Origin: Takakia lepidozioides
Taxonomy: Eukaryota; Plantae; Bryophyta
Direction of reading: 5' to 3'
Length of the DNA stretch: 64,000 nucleotides
Assembly: GCA_030704615.1 (NCBI GenBank)
Contig: CM060733.1
Span: 50,592,001-50,656,000 of the forward strand
A program made the position numbers and the translations under genes. How positions within the stretch are numbered: position 1 is the stretch's first letter; every line of letters begins with the position of its first letter. This document shows, one piece after another, positions 49,572 through 61,115 of this stretch. Under the pieces are notes generated by a model, which saw nothing but the letters and a program-made list of their open reading frames with translations, was not told the origin of the DNA and made no database searches.

Positions 49572-50433
49572 TCGCGATCCTCCAATCCCGCTTCATCGAA
49601 TGCAGAAGGCACTTACACAGGGCGGCATTGAGGAAGTGTGCGCCCACCGGGAATGGAGAGGGAAAAGTAATCACTGTTGTTTTTCAACACGGAGATGCAA
49701 ACATTGAAAACCCAATGCGGAAAACCTTCCCAGGTGATCTTCCCTGGGGCAACGGCAATACGTGCCCCCATTGGCCAGCAACGGCTACCCACACATGCGA
49801 TCGAAAATGACTAGGGCTAGAAGGGGCTTGACAGAGAAGGTGCCACGACATTACGGGAAGAAATTGTGCTAAAACCACCGCCGTCCTAAAACCAACGACC
49901 TTGGTATTTCGGCGCCGAAATTCCCAAGAGCAATGTGGTAAAGTGGTGTTTTGGAAACATCCACCGGAGTATTTCGGCGCCGAAATTTCCTTTCAAAATG
50001 TGATATAGTGCCGTATTTTATGGCGCAGAGCGGGTTATTTCGGCACCGAAATACCCAAGTGGAATGCACTGAAGTGCCTTGTGCTGAAGGCTTCCATCGA
50101 ATATTTTGGTGCAGTAATTGCTTCATGGAATTTTACAAAGCCCATATTATGAAGGCGCACACTGTGCTATTTCGGCGCCAAAATTCCCAATAGAAATGTT
50201 AGAAACGGCAAGGTTTTCATGGCTTCAAGTTCACTGTTCGCTGACATGCATAAATGACTTGTAGGGTTCTTTACTTAAGTTTGCGTCTCTTCTGCTTTTA
50301 TTATTACATTGTGGTTGGCGGAAGAAATGTAGGCAATCGGACATGCAGTCTGAACACAATGATTTCAGAAATCGTCAATATTTTCATTAAGTGTTTTAGA
50401 ACTGTACAACAAAAGGATCCAAATCAGACTTTG

Positions 50434-53400
50434 CTATGGTGAGGATCCGCGATCACTGTCCGATGCATCCCCGGCCTCATGCAAGGATGACTGCCTTCCA
50501 CCTGCCTCCAAACCTGCACTGCAGCTACCGTTGTTACTCTGAGAAGCCCTCCCCTCAAAAATACCATCCTCACCAGCTGGAACTGTCCACCTGGGTGCAG
50601 AACTGTCCTCATCATCCCCCTCGCTCTCGGACGCATCTTCTATGACGAACTTGCGTACTCTGCCTTTCACAATTCCATGTTTGGCCTCACGCCTCATTAT
50701 AATTCTCTGCTCATTCCTGAATATCAATTGCTCAAACCGAGTAGGCCTATCCTCCCTCCTGATGGCTTCTCTGGCAGCCGTGTCTGCATAGGCTGGTAGA
50801 AAAAAAGGCTTCTGGGGACTCGCGAGAAACGATTTTCTGGCAAAGAATGGCCGATGCGATTCTATCTCATATCATTCTCAGTGACTTCTCCATCGGCTGC
50901 TAGCACAACAACACAGCCAGCGTCGTCCAACATGTTGGCTGCAAACCCAAATGTGTGGCTCCAGTATCTTTCGTCGTACTTGTTCCACCAGGGTAGTGAG
51001 CCCAGCCCCAATATCTCCTGCCCATCCGGGATATCCACAAGGATCATGTCGATGGAGGCTTTCACCGCCCTGCCCCCGACTGTGCTCTTTTTGCCGTGGC
51101 TCATCGCCACAAAATACTCCATCATCTTTGTGTAGCCAAGAGTGTCCTCCATATCATTGCCAGTGACCTTCCTCTTCCCCTTCCCCTGGTGGGCCTCGAT
51201 CGCCTTCCTCAATTTCGTTATCTCCAGCCTCCTGGTCAGAGCAGTTAGGAAATTTTCATTAACACACTCCACAATTGTGGGTGTTTTGAGGACTTCCCTG
51301 CCCGCAATGTGCATCGCACGGTAGGGTCTGCTAGGTGCATCCTCGCATAGTGATCTCTTCGCAACCGAAGCCCCGGAGCGCTGGCCCTTGTGAATTTTCG
51401 GACGAGGTGTGGCCCCCTGGGTGTTTTCCTGCTGGAAATCGTCGTCGGAATCCTCGTCATCTGGCTGACTATGTTGCTGCTTCTTCTTCTTGGGTGTGGG
51501 GGTCTTCGTCTCTTGCCCCTGTTTGCGCGTTCTTTTCTTCCTGTCCTTGGGCTGCTCAGCTGTCTGCTTCTCCATCTGCTCCTTCGCCAACGCTGCCGCC
51601 TTGGCTGACTTTCTCAGTGCTTTCTGCTTGGCTGCCTCCTCTGCTTTCAGTCTTTCCGTGTCCTCTGGTTGGGGATCCGATTGCGCCTTCATGGCCCTGG
51701 CATTCACTTCCTTCTTCAAGTTAACCTCCGAGAGGTCAACGGTCCCACTTGGCAGATCCACATACCAGGGACAGTCTACCAAATGTTCGGCATGCCACTC
51801 CTTCGCCATTACTTCCGTGTACATTGTACCACGACCTCCAGGTGTCCTCCACGCCAGGAAGAATGGTGGAACCCTTTGAATGGCTCCGGACGGAATGAGT
51901 GCAAAGTTTATGTACCTGCAATCACGAGGCAGTTCAACAAAAATCATTCTACTGATGCATCATGCAAGAGGAAGTTCTCAATGCACAAGGTATTTCGGCA
52001 CCGAAATCTGCAGTGGACCGTGCCCCAATAACTCAGAATTCACATCTTGCAGAGGTATATTTCGGCGCCGCAATATCCACCGCTGCTTAGGGAAATCATC
52101 AAAATTGCAAATAGGGGGATGTATTGTCAGCAGATTACCTGAACAGGACACGCATTGTCGCTTTGTCGGCACCCTCCTGCTCTTTGATGTATACGCTGCG
52201 TCTTGCCTTTGCAATTTCTCTGAAGAAGAGGTTTGCAAAGCGCCCTCGCCAGGACTGCACGTAGTTCTCCATTGTCTCCGGTTTCGTACAGTCGATCTGT
52301 AACTTGAAAGTAGTGGTGTTGCAATCCAATTGCTCTTGGGCATGGGTCAGTACCTGCAGAAGTGCAGGTTTCCAAAACATTCATGATTTGCGATGAAGTC
52401 TAACACATTGCGATGATTTCCGATAAAGTCCAACACACAGAAGAGTAGGAAATTATACCTGATGCCACCAAGTCATCACATTGAGCCAGTCGTTCATTTT
52501 GTCGTCTGTTGGCTCGATGGGAAAGTGGTACAACAGCTTCGTGTTTGTATGGCCGTTCCAGATTCGCAGCCACCTCGTCTGCATGGCCTAACATCGGTCA
52601 GACATAAGAACTTCATCACGAGAATCGTCAGATGACACAAAACAAGAACAAACACATGCTTACCTTCTCTGCCGGCTCAACACATGACACTGTGATGTGA
52701 TGAAGTTTCTCCATGGACATTTCCAGTTTCATGGGTCTGGAGTAATGTAGTCCTATCTCCGCCAGGAACTCAGCACCAAGACCAGGGTCAACGATTGCAA
52801 CTTGCTTAACAAGTTTGGACCTGTACTTGGTCCGTGATTGCATCCCTGCCTGCACAATGTGACTCTCTATCGACGCGTCCACCTTGTTGGGGGCATCATT
52901 CTCAAAGAACTGCCTTTTGGCATAGGCCAAGTCATCCCTGATGTTCGTCTGCATTCCTATACCCAGCGGATACAGTCAGGCCACTGATCCCTGCAACAAA
53001 TAGCATTAAATCGGGAAATTTGAGATGAACCTCACCGAATAGAGGATCTCAACCATGGCGTCCAGTGTTGGTCGGTACCAAGTGCGATCCGCTTTTGCAA
53101 GGGACTTCCTGTACAGCTCGGGATCAAGGGATTTTTGGAAGTCCGTCAGCGGTGCTGTTCCCACTTCTTGCACTCTGTAGAGCGTATATGCCAGATGAGT
53201 TTCCACGAAGGCCCTCTCTGTTACCCTGCCATGGAGAAAAAAATAACAAAACATCATGAAAATATGATTAAAAAAAAATCAGATTTCGGCACAGCAATCC
53301 AATTTGCAGTTGATAGAGTGCATGACAGTCAAGAACATTGTCTATTTCGGCGCCGCAATAGGCAGTACACAAGGATGTAGTTGTATACTTACAGATTTAT

Positions 53401-54668
53401 ATCCGCCATGGTACCCTTCAGCAGTCCTCTGTCCCTGATGTCCACCTTCACGACAATGCAGTCCACCATGTAATGCCAATTGATATCTTGCGGATGCATT
53501 TCAGCAATGTACTCTGTCCAGGCAAGCATCCTGTGGTTCCCGTCCCAAACGAAGAACATCTTCCCTTCCATGTGCGCGAATGTGGGATTAGTCTTCAGAA
53601 ATGCTTCAAACTCGGCATTTACAGTGTGCCAGTGGGGGCTCCAATTCTGAAGCTCCTCTGCAGTGGGGCCCCTTGTGACACCCTGGTCATTCTCAATGGA
53701 AACGTAGAATGCTGTCGACCCCCGTCTGTACCCCTCTCTGAAGTTGTGCTTTAGTCGATCGATGTCCCCTGGCAGTGCTTGCCTTACAACTGGAAGGCTA
53801 ACCATGCGACACAAAGGAACTTTGAGGTTCTCCGGATACACCATGGAGCCCAAAACGCGGCCTATGTTGCTATGAGTCTCTGCCAGCAACCTGTTTGCTG
53901 CTATGTTCATGTCTCGTGCGCTCATGAGCATACCCGCCACCAATTTCTTATTTCTATCACCTCTCTCACTTCCCTCACCCCTCTCACCAGCATGTCTACT
54001 GTCCTGGAGGTTTTGCTCCTCCGCAAGCTCCAGCAGATTCTGGTCATCGTCAAGTCGCACCACGCTGTCGTCCTCTGCTTCTGTGAGCTCAATGGGCCGC
54101 CCTTCTGCAAATCCGACTCCGACATCTCCAGCGGCCTCCACCGCATCCGTGTTTTCTGAAACTGCCTACAAACCCAATATCTCCGCTTCCGGTCTCCCTA
54201 GTGGTTTTACTGGTGAAGCCATGGGCTCCTTCTGCTTCCTCGGCTTCCGAACTCTAGGTGGGCTTTTCTGAGGCGATATCTGAGGTGTTGAATGTGGACT
54301 CGCCTACCTCGATACATTTCCACCTTGCGAGCGCAGCACCTGGGCAGGAGTATCCAAAGTTGACTGTGTTGCCTCGCCCCCCTGCGATCCCTCCCCACCT
54401 CCCATATCAAACAAACAGGAAAACATGACACACTGCACGCAGAAAAAAAATGTGTAAAAAGAATAGTGCGTATGTAGTGCTTCACATCCGTAAAGCACGA
54501 ATCTCTCACTGGTGGGCGATCCGAGTCTTTGGATAACGATGTCTGCATTTCCTGCATGAGACGGAGCTTAAGTCGTGTCGTTGGCGGCTTCCCAAAATCA
54601 CGCGTCCTCCTTCTCTTTGCCGGAGTCGCCTGACCTTCCACAAACTCTATGCTATCACAAAGTTGCAT
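50434..54668 (-). pseudogene. Spliced ParB/Srx-like plus methyltransferase fusion gene; MTase motif X-I half deleted at ~50860
   Basis: FFVWDGNHRMLAW (53389-54141); exons ~53040-53230, 52660-52990, 52458-52620, 52138-52353, 50862-51915 (DMILVDIPDG), acidic last exon. Confidence 0.8.
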
Positions 54669-54899
54669 AAGGAAAGGAAACGCAGGAGATAGTCACTGCA
54701 GAAGGGCAAGGAGCGAGAGAGCGAAGCGGTGGAACATGCAACCACTCTGCACGAGCAGATGCGTAAGCAGCCACGTCTCCCGAAGCGTTGCCACCGTCCA
54801 CCACTTTCTGCCGTATGGGTGATGAAGAGATTGCGACCCCTGACACGTTCGTATGATGAAGTCGACTGGAACACGATGCGTACATGTTCAAGCCACCAA

Positions 54900-56550
54900 T
54901 ACAAGATGCTTTATCCGAATTGCGGCACCGAAATACCGTTCCATTCACCGGATGTTGTTCCCGGAGCAGCCGACATTGAATGAAATATCCGCACATCATG
55001 AAACCCAACCGCCATGAAAATCCCATGCCTATGACATTCAAAAGTCAGTTCGGTACGTTTTATCAGCGGACGGATGAATTTCGACGCCAAAATTCATCTT
55101 ATTCAAGTGCTTTCATACACAAACATATGAATTTCGGCGCCGCAATTCATCGCTTTCCCAGTCCTCATCCGTCATGAGCAAACCTGTCAGTCGGATATCG
55201 GAGCCGGAATTAATTCCGGGACAGTGGAGACGGCTGCCCTAGTGCACATTTCATCCATATTTCGGTGCCGAAATTCATTAGGAATATCTCCGTCCGCACG
55301 TAGAAAAGGTGAAATCATCCATATTTTGGCGCCGAAATTCATCCAGCTTCCAGACAAAATCGGCACCATGCTACACTTTGCCGCCATCATTGCCCCTCAC
55401 GGATGCTGTCCATGCCTCTTGGAGTTGCAATGTCTGGACAGTTAACTATAATTTCGGCGCCGAAATTATACTTTATGTGCGGCAACGTCCCGTGCGAAAA
55501 AATGACCATTTAATGGATACTGTCAGTTTCAAATGAAAACAACGGCTAAAATGCAATTAATTTTCCCCGAGCATGAAAAAATATCCCCTTTCGTCATTGG
55601 ATAACGGCCTTTTGTAAGACAGAAGGGGTTGAATGTGCCGATTTCTCCATTAAATGCAGAATTTGTGTTATTTTCGTCGGAATGGGTTATTTCCAACGAA
55701 TTTCGGAACATTACATCATCCACAAGCAAGAAGTAAGTGTGGTTTCGGATGAATTTTGGCGCCGAAATTCATCCGTCACATAGAAAATGTAATATTACAG
55801 TATCCCATTGTGGACAGTAAGGATGAATTTTGGTGCCGAAATTCATCCATTTCAAAGAGAAATAAATGTTGGAGGGAGGGCATTGGATGAATTTGGGTGC
55901 CGGAATCCAGCGCTGAAACCCTTAAATGAAATTGGAGGGATGACTTCGGATGAATTTCGGCGCCGAAATCCATTGATCACGAAGAAAATAGAAAATTAAA
56001 AGGGAGGACTCCGGATGAATTTCGGCGCCGAAATTCATCTGTCGCAAGAGAAAAAAACATGAAGGGAGGACTTCAGATGAATTTCGGCGCCGAAATCCAT
56101 CCGCAAGACAGCGGAATTACGGTCGGAAAAGGAGAAGATGAATGAATTTCGGTGCCGAAATTCATCCCTACTGCCGATTCAGAATTACTATCATTCGGAT
56201 TTCCGCACCGAAATCCGAACACGTGCTGAATCATGACTGTAATGACGAACACATTCATCCGTAATTCGGCGCCGAAATTCAACCCTTATGTGCATAAACA
56301 ATTTCATGAAGAAGATGTTCATCCGAATTTCGGCAACGAAATCCATCCGTTTGGTGCTTGTTCAGTTTCATGAGGTGAACAAATAACGATTTCTATTGCC
56401 GAAATTCATCCCATGGCTTCCAAATCTGTTACATGACAGAGTGGTTCATCCAGATTTCGGTGCCGAAATTCATGAGAAGACCTGATTTATTCTAGCCCAA
56501 CTGCTGGTACATCACAATTCAGGCACCAAATATCCGATGTGAACTTGTTG
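54900..56550. repeat. Dispersed palindromes GATGAATTTCGGCGCCGAAATTCATC in the divergent intergenic region
   Basis: Perfect 26-bp copy at 56014-56039; about 20 variants in this interval. Confidence 0.9.
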
Positions 56551-56719
56551 TGGTCGTCCGTATTTGTAACGTACGTTACAAACTTCATCCATACGTGCAC
56601 TGATCACCCATCCTGTTGGATACAGAATCCACCCGAAAATGATTTTTGTCTTAGGTAGGACACACTCTTCTGATTGCAGGACTTCGCTGCAGAGCGTAAC
56701 GAGAGGTACCGTCTTCAAC

Positions 56720-58010
56720 ATGGATTCCCGTGTTTGGGTAAACGTGTACTTCCATCCTGATTCTCTGAAAGCTAAAATACCCTGCGACCAAGGATTTGCG
56801 ATTGTCACTGAGCAGTACTTGTGTGTGAAGTTCGGGCTTCGCCCTGGAACGGTGTTTTTGGAAGAGGAGACGAAGGATGCTTATGGAAATGTTCTGGATA
56901 GTGCCGTCATTCTGCATGCAGATTTCGGAAAAGGCAAAGAGTGGCAGCTCCTAGCTTCTGAATCCATCCGGTACAGTGCAATTGGTGAAATCGTGCCTAA
57001 AGAGTTCCCACGCTGGAACTTGGTTGATCATCCTTCCACAAGAGGGTCTGGCGTGCAAGATGTGAAGTCTGCCATGAAGGATGTGGGCACCTCTTCAGAA
57101 GCAGGGAAGCCCAAACATGTGAAAAGGGAAATCTAGGATAACATGGAAACAGTCGTCCACGACTTATCCAGTGACGATGAAGACTGTATGGTCCTTCCAT
57201 CGTATGTTTCCAAGTCATCCGTCACTAGGAGTGTTCAAAAGTCGGCAAACAATGATCACACACCCTCCAACTCAATATTGCGGAGGATGAAGACAACGGG
57301 TTCCCGCTCCAGTAACCTTCTTAGGCTTGATTACGACAAAACTCCAATCCATTATGTGGAAACTTTGCCTAATGTTGTGGATGGGAATGCTATCTACGAG
57401 TTCCCTCCAGTGCCGGCAGGCGCAGGCCCAGACGGCACGCTGGCAGGAATGAACAGGAAACATGACGGCCACCCTTGGTGTGTCACCAAAACTTCATCGT
57501 CCAACCTGGGTGATGGAGTTCAAGTGAGATATGTATTGTGTGTTGGGCATCTTAAATGTTTCTCGAGCACATGTTACCATTACACGAGCAAAGGCACCCG
57601 GAATGAGACTGACTGGATTGGCAATTCGTCGACCCCATTTTGGCCTCAAGGTAGAGTTCCTGCAGGGACGTTCAAGTGTGCCCATTGCAACGCAGCCCCT
57701 ACGTGCATGGCAGTGTGCAACGCGAAGCAGTACTACGTCGGGACCGTCGGCCCAACGTACACCAGAGCATGCATTCACATCGGAAAGCATGACCACCCCA
57801 TCGCCAGAGGCAATTGCAGAGTCGCTTTTCAACAAGCCCAGGATATTATCAAGGAGGAGGTGAGGTTTAGGCCGGGAGCAAAACCAAAGCAGATACAGCT
57901 CACATCCGCACATAGAATTGCAATTGGCAGAATAATGTCGGAGGATGGAAGCACAAGAGAGAAGCTGGGCAAGGGGGACATGAAGAAGCTGCTGGAAGCT
58001 GTCTCCCATG
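56720..58010 (+). pseudogene. N-terminal half of the MULE transposase (GCM-like domain), truncated before the DDE core
   Basis: Aligns to 20958-22245 (RKHDGHPWCVTKT, FKCAHC, CIHIGKHDHP); in-frame TAG at 57134. Confidence 0.85.
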
Positions 58011-58479
58011 CCTGGGGGGTGCACTCCTCATTAAATGTACCAGCCACGTGCGTGCACAGGAAGGGGTATTTTAAACCCCCCCATGTACAACATTATACAT
58101 ACAGATGGAGGTTTAAAACACCTTAAATATAAATTTACAGGAGGGGGTTGTTGAGTTTTAAGGGATAGTGTAGTGGTAAGAATAACGTTTACGCCGCGAT
58201 GCACCGCGGGATCAAATCGCAAGATCGTCATTTTGTTTGTTTGTTTTTGTTTTTGTTTTTTGTTTTTTTTTTTTTTCCGCTCCATGATCTTTCTCCCCTG
58301 ACCTCCCGCGACTTTCTCTTTTCTTTCTCCTCCTCTCCCGCATTCGCCTTCCCTTCCGCGGGCTTTCTCTTTTCCCTCCTCTCCTCTCCAGAGATCGAGA
58401 GCAGAGCGTCACGGAAGGAGTACAGTCAAGTTCTGACAGATTGTTATTCATTGTATTGTTAGCAGCGTGTTGGTTTGGT

Positions 58480-59450
58480 ACAAGGGGTGTGTCGCAGCGG
58501 ATTGGTGATTATGCAAAGAAAGAGCCATTGGCTGCGTTGACCAGATCGGGCTGTGCTCACCTAATGCAGGTATGCCAGCTAGAGCATCAACTGTTTGATC
58601 ACTTCTTCCCAGTCTCATCTTCTGAACCCTCTAACCTAGCCCCACTTGTTGACCCCTGTGTACAGTGCTCTATGACACTCTGCGGGCAGGGTTTATCCAT
58701 GAGGCAGACTTAGATTGACTTTGTGAGGTTGTAGATATTATGAAAGTAGAGGTGCTTGATGAGCATTTGGGGAGGCGGCGAGAATTGGTGGCAGGGGTGC
58801 ATCCGACTATCTTACGAACCCTTGCGGATGTACATGAAAGGCTTACATGGCGACAGCCCAGACACACATGCGGGATGAGATTGCCTACTACCTGCCATCA
58901 GCTAAGGATCTTGACTTTCCTTCTAAACTAGAGCAAAGTGCTGCATCAGCCTCTGGGAATGAGGAGGAGGGTAGAGATTTGTATGCAACCTGGTGCCCAC
59001 CGTTGGAGAAAACTTTATCGGCTCTCTCCAAGCTGTACCGCTGTCTGGAGCCTGCAATTTTTACTTGTCTTGCACATGATACTATTGGTATGTGTTCTGC
59101 ATCCATTCAACGCACGAGCAAATTGATAGAGAGGCGATCTTCTCAAATGGATGGACAACTTTTTCTCATCAAGCATCTGCGTATACTCCTGGAACAGATC
59201 ACACCCTTTGACATAGATTTTTCTGTAACACACAAGTAGCTAGATTTCACACACTTGTTGGAGCATTTGTGCCGCATATTGAGAGGTCAGTCATCATTAT
59301 GGAGCAGTCAGTCCCTGGTTCGCACCTTTTCACCCCGTGTTTTGGACTATCAAATAGATGCAAAGAAGGAGCTTGAAAAGAGCTTAAAGATGACATGTGA
59401 ACAATTCATCATGTCCATAACCAAGCTTTTGTGCCAGAGATCTTTATTGT
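58480..59450 (+). pseudogene. COG3: Intronless COG3 (Sec34) pseudogene fragment
   Basis: [61 protein letters not shown]; frameshifts and a stop, no introns. Confidence 0.85.
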
Positions 59451-60559
59451 GTAAGTGTAGGAAGTGCGGATTTATGTGCAATGATGCCCACAATAAAGAA
59501 TAAGGCCATTAGCACGTGCTTTTCTCGTGAACACCCGCAGCAGCCACCTGCTAGATGACTGTGCACTGATGCAGGCCCTCATTGAGGGAACAGTTGCTGG
59601 CTGTGCACTTGTACACAGGCAGGGATAGCTGAAGACCAGGGATAGAGGTCCAGATTCATCCAAGAGGGCCGGATTTCACACACAAGATTACGTCTGATTC
59701 CCTGTGGATCAATAGCTACAAGAAATCTGCCTGGGTAGATGGTCAATTGGAAACAGCAGCGGCAGCAACGGTTGTAGAGCAAGGACTACTGATAAAGGTA
59801 CCTTCTTCAACACATTTCTGGTGAGGGCACCTTCTTCTTCGACCTATTTCAGCCTGTTTTTTCCCCTCATCAGACTCATTAGCTCATTGGGATGATCTGT
59901 GGTGGTTTGGAGTGACTTTGCAAGTTATTGCCGAGGTGGCAGCAGGAAAGCACACAAAAATAGATAACAGATTGTACTCATAAGACGTTGTTTGCCGTAG
60001 CCTTGTGGCCATTGACCCCGTGCACAGTTTGAGTGGAAACAAAAGGGATAGAACCTACCTCTGTCAGGGGCTGCTGTGTGTGATTTGCCCAAAAACTAGG
60101 CCTCAGGAGGGCTTGGGGTTATGGCTCAGCCTCAAGACTTTCAAAGTTGGTAAACAGGGGTACAGGCACAATTCCCTTGATAGATTTGAAGATAGTGTCT
60201 CTTTGGTGAGAGAACCCCGGACAGTGTATCAGAAAATGAATATTGTCTTCAGATTGCCCACACAATGGGAAGTGCACTCCCCCTTTTCTCTCTGCTTCTG
60301 TTTGATGTTCAAAGGTAGGCTTCCTTCCCTGAGTTTAAATTTCAGTCTAGTGCCGAGAGTGGGTGGACCCTTGAGGTCATCCAAGATGTCCTCCCCCATG
60401 TCACTGACTAGAAACAAGTTCAGGGAAGTTTTCTGTCTAACTTCATTTTCATCAGACAATCTCATGGCAACAGACATGGCTTTGGACACTACAGCCTCTA
60501 AGTCAGATTTATCCAGCAAGGTCAAGACTTGCGGATCCAGGTCCAGGTCCTTGAGAATC

Positions 60560-60840
60560 TCTTCTACTCTGATGTTGGGAAAACACCTTTTGATCTCAGT
60601 CCAAACCAGGAAGTGGTTAGAGGTACCAATATCAGTTCTGTCGATCAACACATTGGCACACTGGGGAAACAAATTTTTGTCCATTATGATATAGTCCACA
60701 ATGGAACGTTCCCCAGTTTGGGATTTCTCACGAGTCCAGTGCACTTGGTCACCTCTTGTCTTGTTATTCAAGGTCAAAAGCTGAAGCTCTTCGAGACAAT
60801 TAATTAACCGTCTGCCATTAGAATTCAGCTCGTCCTCACC
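60560..60840 (-). pseudogene. LINE endonuclease (APE) C-terminal fragment
   Basis: NSNGRRLI, RSIVDYII, SNHFLV (SDH-like motif). Confidence 0.6.
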
Positions 60841-61115
60841 TTGGTTTGACCTGTTTCAGCATGTTTTTCCCTCTCATCAGACTCAGCCCTGAAGCATATG
60901 TATTGAATTCTGTAAGTTAGCTCGTTCGGTGGATCTGCGGTGCTTTGGAGTGACTTTGCAAGTTACTGCCGAGGTGGCAGCATGACAGTACCTAAAAAAA
61001 GATAACAGAGATGGAGAGAAGCTTTCAAGGAATGAATACTTTTCTGACCCCAGTCAGTGGTGGGACAATGTGAGTAGATGGTCAACTGGAAATAGCAGTG
61101 GCAGTAGCGCAATTG

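Larger units (their letters stand above)
48501..58010. mobile_element. MULE-ParB-MTase family copy 2 (divergent subfamily, un-inverted gene arrangement, transposase end lost)
   Basis: TIR GAGGTTTACTATTTCATGAGC at 48501; ParB-MTase on minus, transposase on plus, palindromes between them. Confidence 0.85.

Noticed and set aside
50434-54668. Bacterial/prophage contamination or insertion (ParB + MTase)
   Set aside because: The gene has GT-AG introns, lies within MULE TIRs, and is nested with plant CACTA and Gypsy elements
57134-57136. Programmed stop readthrough in the transposase (in-frame TAG also at 21438)
   Set aside because: The two TAGs are at non-homologous positions and are simply explained as CAG/TGG decay
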